Shown piece by piece: positions 1 to 13,817 of a stretch of 64,000 bases of DNA (the first letter of the stretch is position 1; the number at the start of each line of letters is the position of its first letter). The translations under genes were made by a program, and so were the position numbers. The DNA comes from Octopus vulgaris (taxonomy: Eukaryota), in NCBI GenBank assembly GCA_951406725.2, contig OX597832.1:28892001-28956000 (forward strand), written 5' to 3'. Under the pieces are notes generated by a model that worked only from the letters and a program-made list of their open reading frames with translations, did not search any database and had not been told where the DNA came from.

Positions 1-280
1 CCATCCCTTCCGACCGTTACCTGTTTGGACCACTCAACCATCGCTTTGGAGGTCGCCAAGTTGCTACGGACGAAGAAGCGCAGGAAGAGATGCATAAATG
101 GTTGCGCAACCAGCCAAAACCTTCTTCTCCGATGGAATGAGGAAGGTTTTGGGCCACTGGAAGAATTGCATCGAAAAGCAAGAAGACTAACCCGAAAAAT
201 GATGGAACTGTCAAGCCTCTTCTTTTGTTTTAATAAATTACAAAAATAAGGGTGCGTACAATTTTTACGTAACCTCCTGT
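1..280 (+). mobile_element. Mariner (Tc1/mariner) transposon 3' remnant: transposase C-terminus plus right end
   Basis: From nt 3 reads IPSDRYLFGPLNHRFGGRQVATDEEAQEEMHKWLRNQPK, then after a frameshift FFSDGMRKVLGHWKNCIEKQED*. This matches the mariner pattern (DLA)PSDYHLF..L...L.G..F...EE......W...QP..FF..G...L..RW..C. A TIR-like end closing in TA follows at ~250-280. Confidence 0.85.
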
Positions 281-737
281 ATGCATGTGTGTGTGTGTGT
301 GTGTGTTTGTGTGTTTGTGTGTGTGGGGGGGGGAGGTTAGATAACTATCAATGCTTATATGAGTGCGTATGATGCTTATCCACTCGATTTTTAATGTAAC
401 CAATATTTGTCAATCACTGATGCTGTGCCTCCCCATCATAATCACCACAATGTGACAAGACAAATTTCTACCTCTTGGATGGCAAATTCTATGAAGAATG
501 TTCGTCGAACAGAATATCGAAGAATCGCTAACCGTGACTGCTGCTCCTGCCTATATTTATTGCTTTCAACTTCCATGATTTTATTCTTCAAAGAAACCTA
601 ATTTTTGATTTGTACTTCAGACGAAAAGTAACAAAAAACGCACGCGAAGACCGAATGTTGTTGAAAGAATCGTCTGCGGGGGATGAGAGGCGCTGTTAGG
701 TGGAAGCAATTAGACAAGGTTAAATAGACTGGTACTT

Positions 738-1382
<645 letters not shown>

Positions 1383-1434
1383 AATTTGTGTTTACAAGAG
1401 AATACGTAATACATAAATTAGAAAGATATATGTA

Positions 1435-1496
1435 GCACACACACACACAGAGGTGCACACACTCTCAGAGGCACACACACACACACACACACAGAG

Positions 1497-1546
<50 letters not shown>

Positions 1547-1631
1547 GCACACACACACACAGAGGCACACACACACACAGAGGCACACACACACACACAC
1601 ACAGAGGCACACACACACAGAAGCACACACT
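1435..1631. repeat. (CA)n array punctuated by AGAGG spacers
   Basis: Directly visible. Confidence 0.95.
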
Positions 1632-2519
1632 CATGTAATCCAGTACAATTGTTATTTTAAGCAGATTACTTAACACACTGTGTATAAACCAATATAAATG
1701 TCATATAAACATGACATTTATACTACACTACATTATTATTATTATCATTTGTTGTTGCTGTTGTTGTTGTTGTTGTTGTTCTGGGTGGTGGATGGTAGAG
1801 TCGGTAGCACGTCGGGGCAGTGGTGGGAGGAATCGGTAGAGCACTGGATAAAATGCTTTGTGATATTTAGTTACGTTTCTGTACTTTCCGTGTTCAGGTT
1901 CCACTTTTTAGGTGTGGGAGGAGTTGGGCGGGGGCAATGATAGAAAGCAGAAGCAAATATCGATTCGAATCGATCTAATCGATAATAAGTGATCGGAATT
2001 TAATAAATTCCATACGTGGCGCATTAAGTAACCAACTAGAAATAAATAAATAAATAAATAAATAAATGAATAATCCTGGGTTTTTAGGATTCCAGGTCAA
2101 ATAAGGAAGACAACTACAAAAATGTTTCGACGTTATTCTGGTTTCGTCAACGAATCGTAATCTCTATTTATATTTTCTGTAATAATTATGAAGGAATTAT
2201 TAGTTTTAAAGAGTTGCCCTCTTATACACGACAACCAAAACTATAATGGCTTGTGCCAAGAATATGAAAGGAGGTTGATTCATAGCTTGCTGTATTGAAT
2301 TATGTCTCTTTAAAATCTGATTTTAAATACATTCAAAGCTGTCCATAAAAGAAGAACCAGTCAAGTACTGATAGTCATTGAACCTCTCCACCATACATCT
2401 CTAATTTTCTGTTTGTTTCCATTGCCTTCTGGATAACAGCCTCAGCATCCCGTTATAGATTTATTTATACAAGATGTAGATTTACCTGCCAACACTACCT
2501 AATCCGATTGGACAAGGTG

Positions 2520-2945
2520 CTCCCACCAGTAATTAGTTCCACAAATTATTGGTTCCACAAGTTCTTGGTCCTACAAGTTACAAGTTCCAGTAGTTATCGA
2601 TTGCACTAGTTATTGATTTAGTAAATAGTCCCACAAGTTCTTGGTCTCACAAGTTCTTGGTCTCACAAGTTCTTGGTCCCATAATTTCTTGATCCCACAA
2701 TTTATTGGTCTAAATAATTCTCGGTTGCACTAGTTAATAATTTAATAATTGGTCCCATATGTTCGTGGTCCCAGAAGTTCTTTGTTCCACAAGTTCCTAG
2801 TCCCACAAGTTCTTGGTCCCATAAGTTTTTGGTCTCACAAGTTCTTGGTGTAAAAGATTATCAATCGCATTAGTTAATAATTCAGTATTTAGTCCCACAA
2901 GTTCTTTGTCCCACAAGTTGTGGTTTCCAAAGTTTATTGGTCCAA
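2520..2945. repeat. 16-bp minisatellite, consensus TGGTCCCACAAGTTCT, with higher-order structure
   Basis: Successive 16-mers such as tggtctcacaagttct, tggtcccataatttct and tagtcccacaagttct. A variant block (gcactagtta-type) recurs three times. Confidence 0.85.
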
Positions 2946-3039
2946 TAATCTATTATTGTGTTCTAAACATCCTGTTTTATAAACACGATATGAATCAACA
3001 GTCTCACCAAAGCTGATATTATATGCTATAACACACACA

Positions 3040-3083
<44 letters not shown>

Positions 3084-4394
3084 GGGTATATATAGCCGTT
3101 ATATATGCTACTAATTATATTTCTACGCATTATTTATTTCGCAATTTCCCCGTTATTTACACAAAATTACTCCCACATGATCAACACAGACTTTTCTTCC
3201 AATGTCCAAGACACACCAAAAATAATTAGGTTCCTTGGTTTTCGTTCTTGTATTTTACCTTTTATTATATTTCCTCGTCTACGTTGATCCATTCAATATC
3301 TGATAACACTTATTTCCCCCCAATTAATAAGCGAAATACCAAAATTGAAAAATCTCAACGACTAAAAATAGCTAAATATAAGTTTGGCAGCAGCGTTGAG
3401 GTAAATTATTCAACAAGTCATAGATTATAAAAGACAATTCTTGAGAAAATGGTAAGAGCAGAACATTAATCACCAAGAAGAAATTACAATTACAAAAAGG
3501 CAAAAAAAAAATGACAAAAAACCCCCGGAATTCTGAATAAATTTACAAAACAAAATTTATAAACCATTTATTCTTTTACGAGAAAACATTTTTAACAGAT
3601 TTTATATATATTTATTATCATCATTTTTATATTATTATTGCTGCTGTTGTTGTTGTTGTTGTTATTTCTGTTGTTGCCGACAAAAAAAGAAATTATTACT
3701 ACTGCTACTACTACTGTTGTCATTAATCTTTGTTATTGTTATTCTTTTGGTAATAACTGAAGTATTTCCTTTCCGTTTAATTGTGAACTAATGCAGAACA
3801 TTTGTCAATAGGTGGCGCTATTGATGACAAATAGTAAAGCTTCAATTACAACTTTCTGTCGCTGCTGCGGTTGCTCTTCTTCTCCTCCTTCTCCTCCTTC
3901 TCCTCCTCCTTCTTCTTCTCCTTCTTCTTCTTCTTATTATTTTGTTCTTGTAGTTGTTGTCTTGTTATTCTTATTATGTTCTTGTTCTTGTAGTTGCTGC
4001 TACTGTTATTTTTATTGTTGTTGTTGTCGATAATACTATTGTTCTTGTTCCTGTTGTTGTTTTTCTTCTTCCCCACCCTTCCCCACCAACCCCCAATCCC
4101 ACCATCATTAAATCCATTAATCTTTCTCCCTCAGCTGTTCATTGTCTGCAATTTGGCGAGCTTTCGTTTTTTTTTAATCTTTTCTTTTTTTTTCTTTCTG
4201 CTAATGAAGAATTAGGTCTGCTGTACGACATTGTTTTTTTCTGCATCATTGTGATTCCATATGATCGCATTTACGACGGTCAAAGATGGCTGCTTGAACC
4301 AGAGGTTGGGCTGGCGGCTGAATGATAGCCGGTTCGATACATGCCACCAGCCGTACCCGGGGTCCATAATTTAACTCACCCGGTCAAATAAAGT

Positions 4395-4540
4395 TTAAAA
4401 AGCAAAGTTACATTCTCAAGTCATGCTGACTTATAAGGGCCGGTTACCCGGTTTTCATGGGGCATATATCCCCACCCTCGCCCCTGGATGGGACACCAGT
4501 CTGTCACAGGATAACTCATTTTTGCCATCTGAGTCCACCC
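4395..4540 (-). mobile_element. SINE fragment: group C-type body joined to the tail type seen in group D copies at 29.1 and 40.3 kb
   Basis: aactcatttttgcca.ctgagt matches group C. ctggatgggacaccagtc and ggccggttacccggtttt match 40320-40385. Confidence 0.55.
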
Positions 4541-4655
4541 AGTTTTATGAAACAATATTAATTGTATTTCAGGGTTTCATACAAACACTCCAAAATACGT
4601 AAATGTGTTTCTGTAGATTTATGCAAATATGTAAAGATTTATGCAAATACATATG

Positions 4656-4886
4656 TATTTCTTTATTGCCCACAAGGGGCTAAACACAGAGGGGACAAAC
4701 AAGGACAGACAAAGGGATTAAGTCGATTACATCGACCCCCAGTGCGTAACTGGTACTTAATTTATCGACCCCGAAAGGATGAAAGGCAAAGTCGACATCG
4801 GCGGAATTTGAACTCAGAACGCAGCGGCAGACGAAATACTGCTAAGCATTTCGCCCGGCGTGCTAACGTTTATGCCAGCTCACCGC
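4656..4886 (-). mobile_element. tRNA-derived SINE, group B
   Basis: Reverse complement of ggcggtgagctggca...gagttcaaattccgccga.gtcgactttgcctttcatcctttcggggtcgataaattaagtaccag..., with a B-box-like GAGTTCAAATTC. TSD-like gcaaata(c/t)atatg on both sides. Confidence 0.9.
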
Positions 4887-4956
4887 AAATATATATGTAC
4901 GCTTATACATATATATGTACGTTTGCAATGGACACACATTTGTCAGATATAGATAG

Positions 4957-5279
4957 GAGCATTCCGTCGGTTACGACGATGAGGGTCCCAGCTGATACGA
5001 TCAACGGAACAGCTTTGCTCGTGAAATTAACGTGCAAGTGACTGAACAATCCACAGACACGTGCACCCTTAACGTAGTTCTCGGGGAGATTCAGCGTGAC
5101 ACAGAGTATGACAAGGCTGGCCCTTTGAAATACAGGTACAACTCATTTTTGCCAGCTGAGTGGACTGGAGTAACGTGAAATAAAGTGTCTTGCTCAAGGA
5201 CACAACGCATCGCAGGGAATTGAACTCACGACCTTACAATCGTGAGCCGAATACCCTAACCACTAAGCCACGCGCCTTC
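4957..5279 (-). mobile_element. tRNA-derived SINE, group C (full length)
   Basis: Reverse complement of the 27724-28052 copy. tRNA-like head with A box TGGCTTAGTGG and B box GAGTTCAATTC. Confidence 0.9.
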
Positions 5280-5399
5280 TCAACACATTTGTACTCATGC
5301 GTCCTTTAATACCATTGCACCATATGATTGTCTACTCGTGTGTATAGGTATAGGCTATGCATTACTATGTATATTTTACTCTGTTTTTAATCATTTAAA

Positions 5400-5800
5400 T
5401 TCCTACACTGAAGGAGCTGGATTCTAACAAAGATACGAAGCCCCACCTTTGGAATGGAGATAACAAAATCAGTGTCACATTTTAAACTTGAGAGAAGTTT
5501 TGCACATTTTCACTGTTCCACTTAAAGATTACATTTGCAAATGGCGTGTTAGCTGGTTTTTTATTTTTATCTGAAAAACCCAGTTTATTCAAACTGCTAC
5601 CTAGGCATTTACTCACAAAGCCAAGGGCACCAATTACTATTGGTATAAATGTGAATTTATTATCTGGATATAGAAGCTGAAGTTTTCGAAGCAGTTGTCT
5701 ATAGTCAATCTCTTTCAAAGAGATATTCACATCAGCCAGACAGCTAACCTCAGTAATGGAACATACTTTTTTCTTGCCTGCCCCAAACAACAATATCCGG
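5400..5800 (-). mobile_element. Non-LTR retrotransposon 3' remnant with restriction-like endonuclease (R4/Dong-like)
   Basis: ORF 5482-5883 contains PDRILLF...VCSITEVSCLADVNISLKE.DYRQLLRKLQLLYPDNKFTFIPIVIGALGFV. This is the PD-(D/E)xK RLE followed by the P.VIGALG motif. A 3' UTR-like segment lies at 5400-5480. Confidence 0.8.
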
Positions 5801-5944
5801 TCTGGTATGATTACACTTGACAGATGTTTTGATGGGACTGTTCTATCGGTATTCCTTGCGTTGATGTTTGGACGTGAATTCAATAACAGCGGATTCTCTG
5901 TATGTACGTATGTATGTTATCTTCTATTTTTAATTATTTCAAAT

Positions 5945-6178
5945 CTTCTCCTAGAGAATGAGCTAGTTTCTAAAAAGCTCCACCTTTGGAATGTAGATAA
6001 CGAAAACAAATTTACATTTTGGACTTGAGAAAAGTCTTGCATGTTTTTACTGTTCCTCTTACAGAATGTAATTGTAATGTGCAGTGAGTTGGTTGATTTC
6101 TTTTCCTGAAACCCTGGCTAATCCAGATTGTCGCTTACAGCGTTTATTCACAAAACCAAGCGCACCAACTATTATTGC
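5945..6178 (-). mobile_element. Second, diverged 3' fragment of the same RLE retrotransposon
   Basis: Encodes AIIVGALGFVNKRC. Shares ccacctttggaatg.agataac.aaa and acttgaga.aagt.ttgca with 5440-5520. Ends at (TATG)n. Confidence 0.75.
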
Positions 6179-6626
6179 TATGTATGTATGTATGTATGTA
6201 TGTATGTATGTATGTATGTATGTATGTATGTATGTATGTATGTATTTTTGTATGTATGTGTATATGTATGTATTTGTGTTTGTATGTATGCACGTATGTG
6301 GGTATCTATTTATGTATACGTGTGTCCATTTGTATTCAGCCATGCCTGTATATGTATGTGTGTATGAATGCATGTATGTATTTATGCGTGTATGTATATA
6401 TATATATATATATATATACACATGTATGTATATATATGTTACTGAATAACCTCGAAAAGACGGAGATCGACAATGATAATAATACTTGTGTGCATACATA
6501 CGCACTCGTGTGTGTGAGTGAGTGAGTGTGCGTGCGTGCGTGTGTGTGTGTGTGTGTGAGAGTGTATGTATGTGTGTGTGTGCGTGCGTGCATTCATGTG
6601 TGTATATGTGTGTGTGTGTGTGTGTG

Positions 6627-6661
<35 letters not shown>

Positions 6662-6710
6662 TTGCATATGATTGCGCTTGTACATCAGTATGTGAGTATT
6701 TGAATGTGAA
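6178..6710. repeat. (TATG)n/(TA)n/(TG)n compound microsatellites
   Basis: Directly visible. Confidence 0.95.
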
Positions 6711-6728
6711 TGTATGTTTAAAATCATT

Positions 6729-6835
6729 GCGAAACAAGACGAATCGTATCGAAATGTAGCGAATCGTGCCGAAATGCGGCGAAGCGTTCCGAAACGTAAC
6801 GAAGCGTTACGAAATCTAACGAAGCGAACGATAAG
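6729..6835. repeat. CpG-rich ~10-bp-period tandem repeat (CGAANCGTNN)
   Basis: cgaatcgtat cgaaatgtag cgaatcgtgc cgaaatgcgg cgaagcgttc cgaaacgtaa cgaagcgtta cgaaatctaa. Confidence 0.8.
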
Positions 6836-6990
6836 GTAGTAAATTGAAACAATTCATGTGTGACCATCAAAAGGTGCGCCGTTGAAATAAAAGCCAAATA
6901 GAAGGACTGAACACGGAACCATGTGGTTCGTAAGCAAGCGACTTACCACACAGCCACTCCTACGCCTATATATTAATATCAGAAATCGTT

Positions 6991-7378
6991 AAGGCGGTGA
7001 GCTGGCAGAATCGTTAGCACACTGGGCGAAATACTTTGCGGTATTTCGTCTGCCGCTATGTTCTGAGTTCAAATTCCGCCGAGGTCGACTTTGCCTTTCA
7101 ACTTTTCGGGATCGATTAAATAAGTACCAGTTACGCACTGAGGTCGATATAATCAACTGAATCCGTTTGTCCCCTCTGTGTTTAGCCCCTTATGGGTAGT
7201 AAAGAAATAGGTATTTCGTCTGCCGTTACGTTCTGAGTTCAAATTCCGCTGAGGTCGACTTTGCCTTTCATCCTTTCGGGGATCGATAAATTAAGTACCA
7301 GTTGCGTACTGAGGTTTATCTAATCAACTGGCCACCTCCACAAAAATGTCAGACCTTGTGCCTAGAGTAGAAAAGAAT
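6991..7378 (+). mobile_element. SINE group B with tandem duplication of the body
   Basis: One head, then two copies starting ggtatttcgtctgccg (7040 and 7210). Confidence 0.88.
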
Positions 7379-7794
7379 ATTAATAATCGTTGAATACGTT
7401 CAGACATATCTGGAGAATTCTCTGTCACTAAGAAGATAATTACAAAAAAATAGCAATGGAGTTGGTCGCGCAGCCGTATGATAATCGGAGGATCAACCGT
7501 ATTCAGCTACGACGAGCAATACCGATCAACACCGAACTCTTCCGAAGAATTCCGAGTAATGAGGAAGCAAGGCGACAACGGTTACGCAACAGTAAAAGTA
7601 AAACATCATTATTGTTATTGTTGTTGTTGTTGTCGTTGTTGCAAATTATTAATTAGAACTTTGTGCAATAACATTAATGAGTTGTTCACAACAATTCACA
7701 CTCATTGACCGTTTTATATGCGGCGCACCGAATACACTTTGCATCCGCCATGATGAAAGATTTATTCAATAAGGTCATACATATTTATGCATGT

Positions 7795-8460
<666 letters not shown>

Positions 8461-8602
8461 TGAATTGGTGTCTTCGTCTTTATTCCCAGTTGCTCATCAA
8501 AAATTGTCCACCAAGAAATACCTTTGCATCACATTTGACATGATGTACAGAATAGAATTTTATTGACGTTTAATGAGCTGCCATTGGCGAAGACTACACC
8601 AT

Positions 8603-8681
<79 letters not shown>

Positions 8682-8706
8682 CAGTAGTAGTAGTAGTAGT
8701 AGTAGT
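8603..8706. repeat. (AGT)n microsatellite
   Basis: Directly visible; source of the poly-Ser and poly-Leu ORFs. Confidence 0.97.
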
Positions 8707-8923
8707 TCTAGTAATAGTTTGAGCTCAGGGTGCGATGTGCTGAAGTATGGGAGTTCCGTCGCGCTCAAAATTCGAAACCGAAATTGTATTTGATTTTGTC
8801 TTCTCTCTATGTAAGAAGTCTTTCTCTCTCTGTGTGTGTGTGTGTGTGTGTGTGTGCGTGGGTGTGTGCATGCGTGTGTGTATGTGTATGTGTGTGTGTT
8901 TGTGTGTGCATGTGTGTGTGTGC

Positions 8924-9118
8924 CACAGACACGTGTACCCTTAATGTGACAAAGGTGACCCTTTGAATTACAGGTACAACTCACCTTTGCCAGGTGAGTG
9001 GAGTGGAACAAGGTGAAATAATGTGTCTTGCCCAAGGACACAACGCAATGCCGGGAATCGAACTCACATCCTTACGATCGAGACCTGAATGCCTTAACCA
9101 CTAAGCTACGCGTCTTCA
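8924..9118 (-). mobile_element. SINE group C, internally deleted copy
   Basis: ccacagacacgtgtacccttaa...gtgtcttgcccaaggacacaacgc...aaccactaagc.acgcg.cttc. Confidence 0.8.
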
Positions 9119-9382
9119 CACATACATACACACATACATACATACATACATACACACACATACATACATACACACATATATACATACATACACATACATA
9201 CATACATACATACATACATAACATACATACATACATACACACATACATACATACATAAATACATGCATACATCATACATACATACATACATACATACATA
9301 CATACATACATACACACATGCATACATACACACATACATATACACATGCATACATACACACATACAAACATACACACATGCA

Positions 9383-9416
<34 letters not shown>

Positions 9417-9620
9417 CGATTGTCATTATACACATTAAAAAAAGGCCCACCAATATGCTTTCTTTCTTTCTCTCTCTTCTTCTCTCGCTGTTTTCTTTTG
9501 TCTTTCTTTCCTTCTTTCTTTTTCTCTCTTTCTTTCTCTCTCTCACTCTCTTTCTCTCTTACCTGCCTCTCTCTCTTTTTTCTCCTTCTTCCACTGTTTC
9601 CCTTTTTCTTTCTTTCTCTT

Positions 9621-9662
<42 letters not shown>

Positions 9663-10240
9663 GATTTCTTATAGAATTATCTTAAAATCTCGACATTTGC
9701 TAACCTTAGATATATAAATATTAAATATTTAAACAGATACAGTGAACCGGAAGTTATCAGCGGCCAGGTTATAAATACATCTCCACCGTTTCTATGAACT
9801 CCAAACAAAAACTCCGACAATATCCAGGAAAGTTGACATTATCTCATTGAAAAGAACTCAGACTTAAAACCAATGGCATGAGTGGAGTATTACTTCCAAA
9901 GATTATACACTAATGCCATTAAGAATATTAAGTTCACCTCCAGATGTCGTAAGCCTCCTCTTTTGGACAATGGAATCGTACTACTGCTGTCTGACTTTTA
10001 ATGTATGCTTTAAAATATGCTTTGAAATAATTCATCCAAATTTCAAAATCCTTTCGATAAAGATTGAAGAAAATTTAAAACTTCAAACACTTTCATCCTT
10101 CTTCAAACTAAGAAAGTGTCCAAAACTAATCGATGGCCGCTTATATCATTGACATTATTCATAAATGTCACCAAGAAAGCTAACTCCAGCATACATCACG
10201 TTATTCATCAAGGAACGTTTATGCGCATAATTATAAATAT

Positions 10241-10457
10241 CTCTTTTCTCTTTTACTCTTTTACTTGTTTCAGTCATTTGACTGCGGCCATGCTGGAGCA
10301 CCGCCTTTTAGTCGAGCAAATCGACCCCGAGACTTATTCTTTGTAAGCCCAGTACTTATCCTATCGGTCTCTTTTGCCGAACCGCTAAGTAACGGGGACA
10401 TAAACACACCAGCATCGGTTGTCAAACAATGCTAGGGGGACAAACACAGACACACAA

Positions 10458-10488
<31 letters not shown>

Positions 10489-10660
10489 CATATATACGAC
10501 GGGCTTCTTTCAGTTTCCGTCTACCAAATCCACTCACAAGGCTTTGGTCGGCCCGAGGCTATAGTAGAAGACACTTGCCCAAGGTGCCACGCAGTGGGAC
10601 TGAACCTGGAACCATGTGGTTGGTAAACAAGCTACTTACCACACAGCCACTCCTGCGCCT
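10241..10660 (-). mobile_element. tRNA-derived SINE, group A (full length, central microsatellite)
   Basis: Reverse complement of 37497-37900. Head ggcgcaggagtggctgtgtggtaagtagcttg...ggttcagtccc; tail (aaaagagt)n. Confidence 0.92.
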
Positions 10661-11003
10661 ATATAATTATATATACCGGTGAGTGTATTAAATTAATAAG
10701 GCACTAAAAGAGAATGGCTCTCCCCAGGCACAATAATATATACATATATATATATATTAATGTTTGTTTCTATATTATAAAAGAATTTTATGCTAAATTG
10801 ATGGATTAGAGAATACATTTGGTAGAATAGAAGTTTATTCTTCTTTAAGGTGAAATTAAATGCAGTCCGATGATAGTTTAGCTGGCAGACACTTCGAAGT
10901 CACTTTCTATACTATTCTTCTAAAAGAATATTATAAAAATGTATGTGTATATGTGTGTGTGTGTGCATGTGTGTATTGGATAGATAGATAGATAGATAGA
11001 TAT

Positions 11004-11080
<77 letters not shown>

Positions 11081-11463
11081 AAGCAATCTAAAAAAAATAT
11101 ACGGCAGATTAGAATCAATGGCATTACGTAAACCATAGATTAGACAGAAATCTCATGGCGATAACTTTCTTACCAATTCCAAAACGTTAAAGAATAAATC
11201 TAACCAAAAGTGAATTATGCATAATCGATAAAAATATTTTTACTTCTCTTTTTAGCGGAAGAGGCGTCCCTTCTCTTCCGTCGTGGAACATTTGTGTAGC
11301 TTCTCTGGAATATTTCACTAATGGAGATAATAAGCACCTTTGTAAATTCTTGCAGTTTGGTTTTAGGAGAGTTCAAGCCATCTATAACAAAATCCCTTCA
11401 CCGAAATAGCTTTAGAATTCTGTAGAGATTTTATTTCAATTAATGATTCCGACGCTGTTGTTA

Positions 11464-11512
<49 letters not shown>

Positions 11513-11924
11513 CATCATCATCATCATGTGCGTTAATTCCGTTTGCGAGTTAAACGTAATGGCCAGGTATTTGTTGACGTAACCATGGAAAACTACGTTG
11601 GAGCTGAAGATGTGAATAGGTGTGATTGTTTGTTTTAGATTTGCTTCGGAATAGATTCCGCTCCACAGAGTTTTGTATTTACCGTAATGATGGATTATTT
11701 TGTGAAGCCTGAATAGCCATTCAATAGCTACTGCTTTGTAAAGAGCTAGACTTAAAGATCACACTTGATACTGAAGTATCGTCAACATAGATTTAGACAC
11801 AAATTTACTATCCAAATATATCTGGAACATAAAGGAAAGTAATTGTTTTTAACAAACATATAAAGCTAGAAATTGGAGTGCAAGGTGTTAGTTTGAGAAC
11901 TTTCAATGTATAGTGGTATGTAGT

Positions 11925-12044
11925 AGATGGCCTGAGTAGATGGTTAGGGTTAGGGTGTCAGCATCATGATTGTAAGATAGTGGTTTCGATTCCTGGACCG
12001 GGCGACGAGTTGTACTCTTGAGCAAAACACTTCATTTCACGTTG
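11925..12044 (+). mobile_element. SINE head fragment (group C-like)
   Basis: tggttagggtgtcagcatcatgattgtaagat.gtggtttcgattcctggaccgggcgacg.gttgt..tcttgagcaaaacactt.atttcacgttg. Confidence 0.7.
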
Positions 12045-12447
12045 GTGGTTTGAAAGGTATCTCTTTCGAAGTGGAATACAGGAGAGCCATGTCGAAGTAT
12101 TCGGACGATATCACTATAATCGTGTCGGACACTTCGGAAAGCAATGGACACCATTGGAAAGGAATACGAGGCGGTGAGAGGAGACAAAATGGATGCTGAC
12201 AAGTCGGGGATCTTGCAATTCGGCACTGAGTCTGGAATGTCTACATCGGTGACAAGTGTCGCTCAGTCGACAGTGCAGATCCGTACGTAGAGAGGCACTG
12301 GACTAATAATTTCCCATAGTATGCAGTTGTAGACCGAGAATGACAGCTGGGAAGGGGTCAGCCAGAGAAATCCTGAATCTGATGGGGATCCTTGATGGAA
12401 TCCCCTTCCTCAGCAAACGGCCCTATTCTGCGAACATTGTAGAATGC
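12045..12447 (+). mobile_element. Decayed LINE reverse-transcriptase fragment (Tx1/L1-like)
   Basis: GLKGISFEVEYRRAMSKYSDDITIIVSD carries the YADD-equivalent YSDD at 12098-12109. After a frameshift, GKEYEAVRGDKMDADKSGILQFGT resembles the Tx1-type ..YE..SGAKIN..KS. The 3' boundary is uncertain. Confidence 0.72.
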
Positions 12448-12457
12448 TTTATATTAT

Positions 12458-12683
12458 ATGAGCTGGCAGAAACGTTAGCGCGCCGTGCGAAATGCGTAGC
12501 AGTATTTCGTCTGTCGATAGGTTCCGATTTCAAATTCCGCCGAGGTCGACTTTGCCTTTCATCCTTTCGGGGTCGATAAATTAAGTACCAGTTACGCACT
12601 GGGGTCGATGTAATCGACTTAATCCCTTTGTCTGTCCTTGTTTGTCCCCTCTGTGTTTAGCCCCTTGTGGGTAGTAAAGAAAT
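12458..12683 (+). mobile_element. SINE group B
   Basis: gagctggcagaaacgttagc...cccttgtgggtagtaaagaaata followed by a (TATAT)n tail. Confidence 0.9.
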
Positions 12684-12717
12684 ATATTATATTATATTAT
12701 ATTATATTATATTATAT

Positions 12718-13552
12718 TACAGGGTCTTGCAGATAGAGTCCAATTTTAAGCAGTTGATTTAGTGAGTTTAACATATCAATTTTTGACAAAACCTTGCTTA
12801 AAAATCTAGACTACCTCTTTATTTTTGAGGTAAATAGCGAACTGATTCGACTACAGAAAGTCATGGAGAAACAGAATTGTTCCGCCGTCGTTGTTCTGGC
12901 GTGCGACTGCCAATAAAATTGCCAAGTTGACGAAGCTCCCAAAAGCAAGTTTATCGTGTGTATAAACAATTTTAAGAAGATTGGAGGATTGATAGAAAAG
13001 AACACAAGAGTCGAAGTGATTCCAAGCACAATCCAAAGTTTCTCGCTGGCCTCAAGCGTTCGATTGAAGCCAACCCACCCACATCCATGACAACTCTTGC
13101 AAAGAAACATCATGTCCTTTTCCAGAGCTGTGAACGGGAACTAAGGCATGACTGGCTATGTACGACGACGCTCTCACCTCTTAACAGCCAAGGCCAAAGC
13201 AATCAGAGCCGAGAGAAGCCCAAATCTTCTGTCATTCATCCAGCATCAAGGTGCAAGAAAAAATTTCGTGTTTGTGGACGAGAAGTTCGCTGTGGACGCT
13301 GAGGTGAATCTGACGTCCTCCTTGTGTTTGAGACTAAGAATCCTGCTTCTGTGATGGTATTCGGAGCCGTGACAAGTGATGGAAGTATTATGGCTCCATA
13401 CTTCATTGAGTCAGGCTTGAAGATCGACACAAAGGATTATCTGGACGTCCTGAAGAACTCTCTGTTACTTTGGACGGAGAAGAAGTTTGGACTTGACAAT
13501 GTGGTGCTGCTTATCTAGGATTCTGCATCATCCCATGGATCAACAGCAACAC

Positions 13553-13554
<2 letters not shown>
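12718..13554 (+). mobile_element. Tc1/mariner-superfamily transposon remnant (maT/DD37D-like transposase pseudogene), 3'-truncated
   Basis: Starts TACAGGGT (TA plus TIR-like). Frameshifted pieces: KFLAGLKRSIEANPPTSMTTLAKKHHV, YVRRRSHLLTAKAKAIRAERS..LL, FVFVDEKF.VDAEVN (first D), TKNPASVMVFGAVTSDG...PYFIESGLKIDTKDYLDVLK, *DSASSH (QDSAPxH, second D). The third D is missing. Confidence 0.85.

Positions 13555-13817
<263 letters not shown>

Noticed and set aside
2115-2150. Minus-strand TTGACGA...GTC-GAAAC-A..TG-TA hammerhead-like string
   Set aside because: C3 is altered, stem II is poor and there is no stem I pairing.
2520-2945. CRISPR-like array
   Set aside because: Contiguous 16-bp tandem units with no unique spacers, no cas genes and a eukaryotic context.
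4212-4367. Short minus-strand ORF (MDPGYGWWHV...) in a GC-richer island
   Set aside because: About 51 aa, no recognisable homology and no convincing splice sites.
7456-7708. ORFs in a CpG-containing unique segment
   Set aside because: No recognisable domain; they run into (TTG)n.
11944-11955. TTAGGGTTAGGG telomere-like dimer
   Set aside because: A local duplication inside a SINE A-box region.
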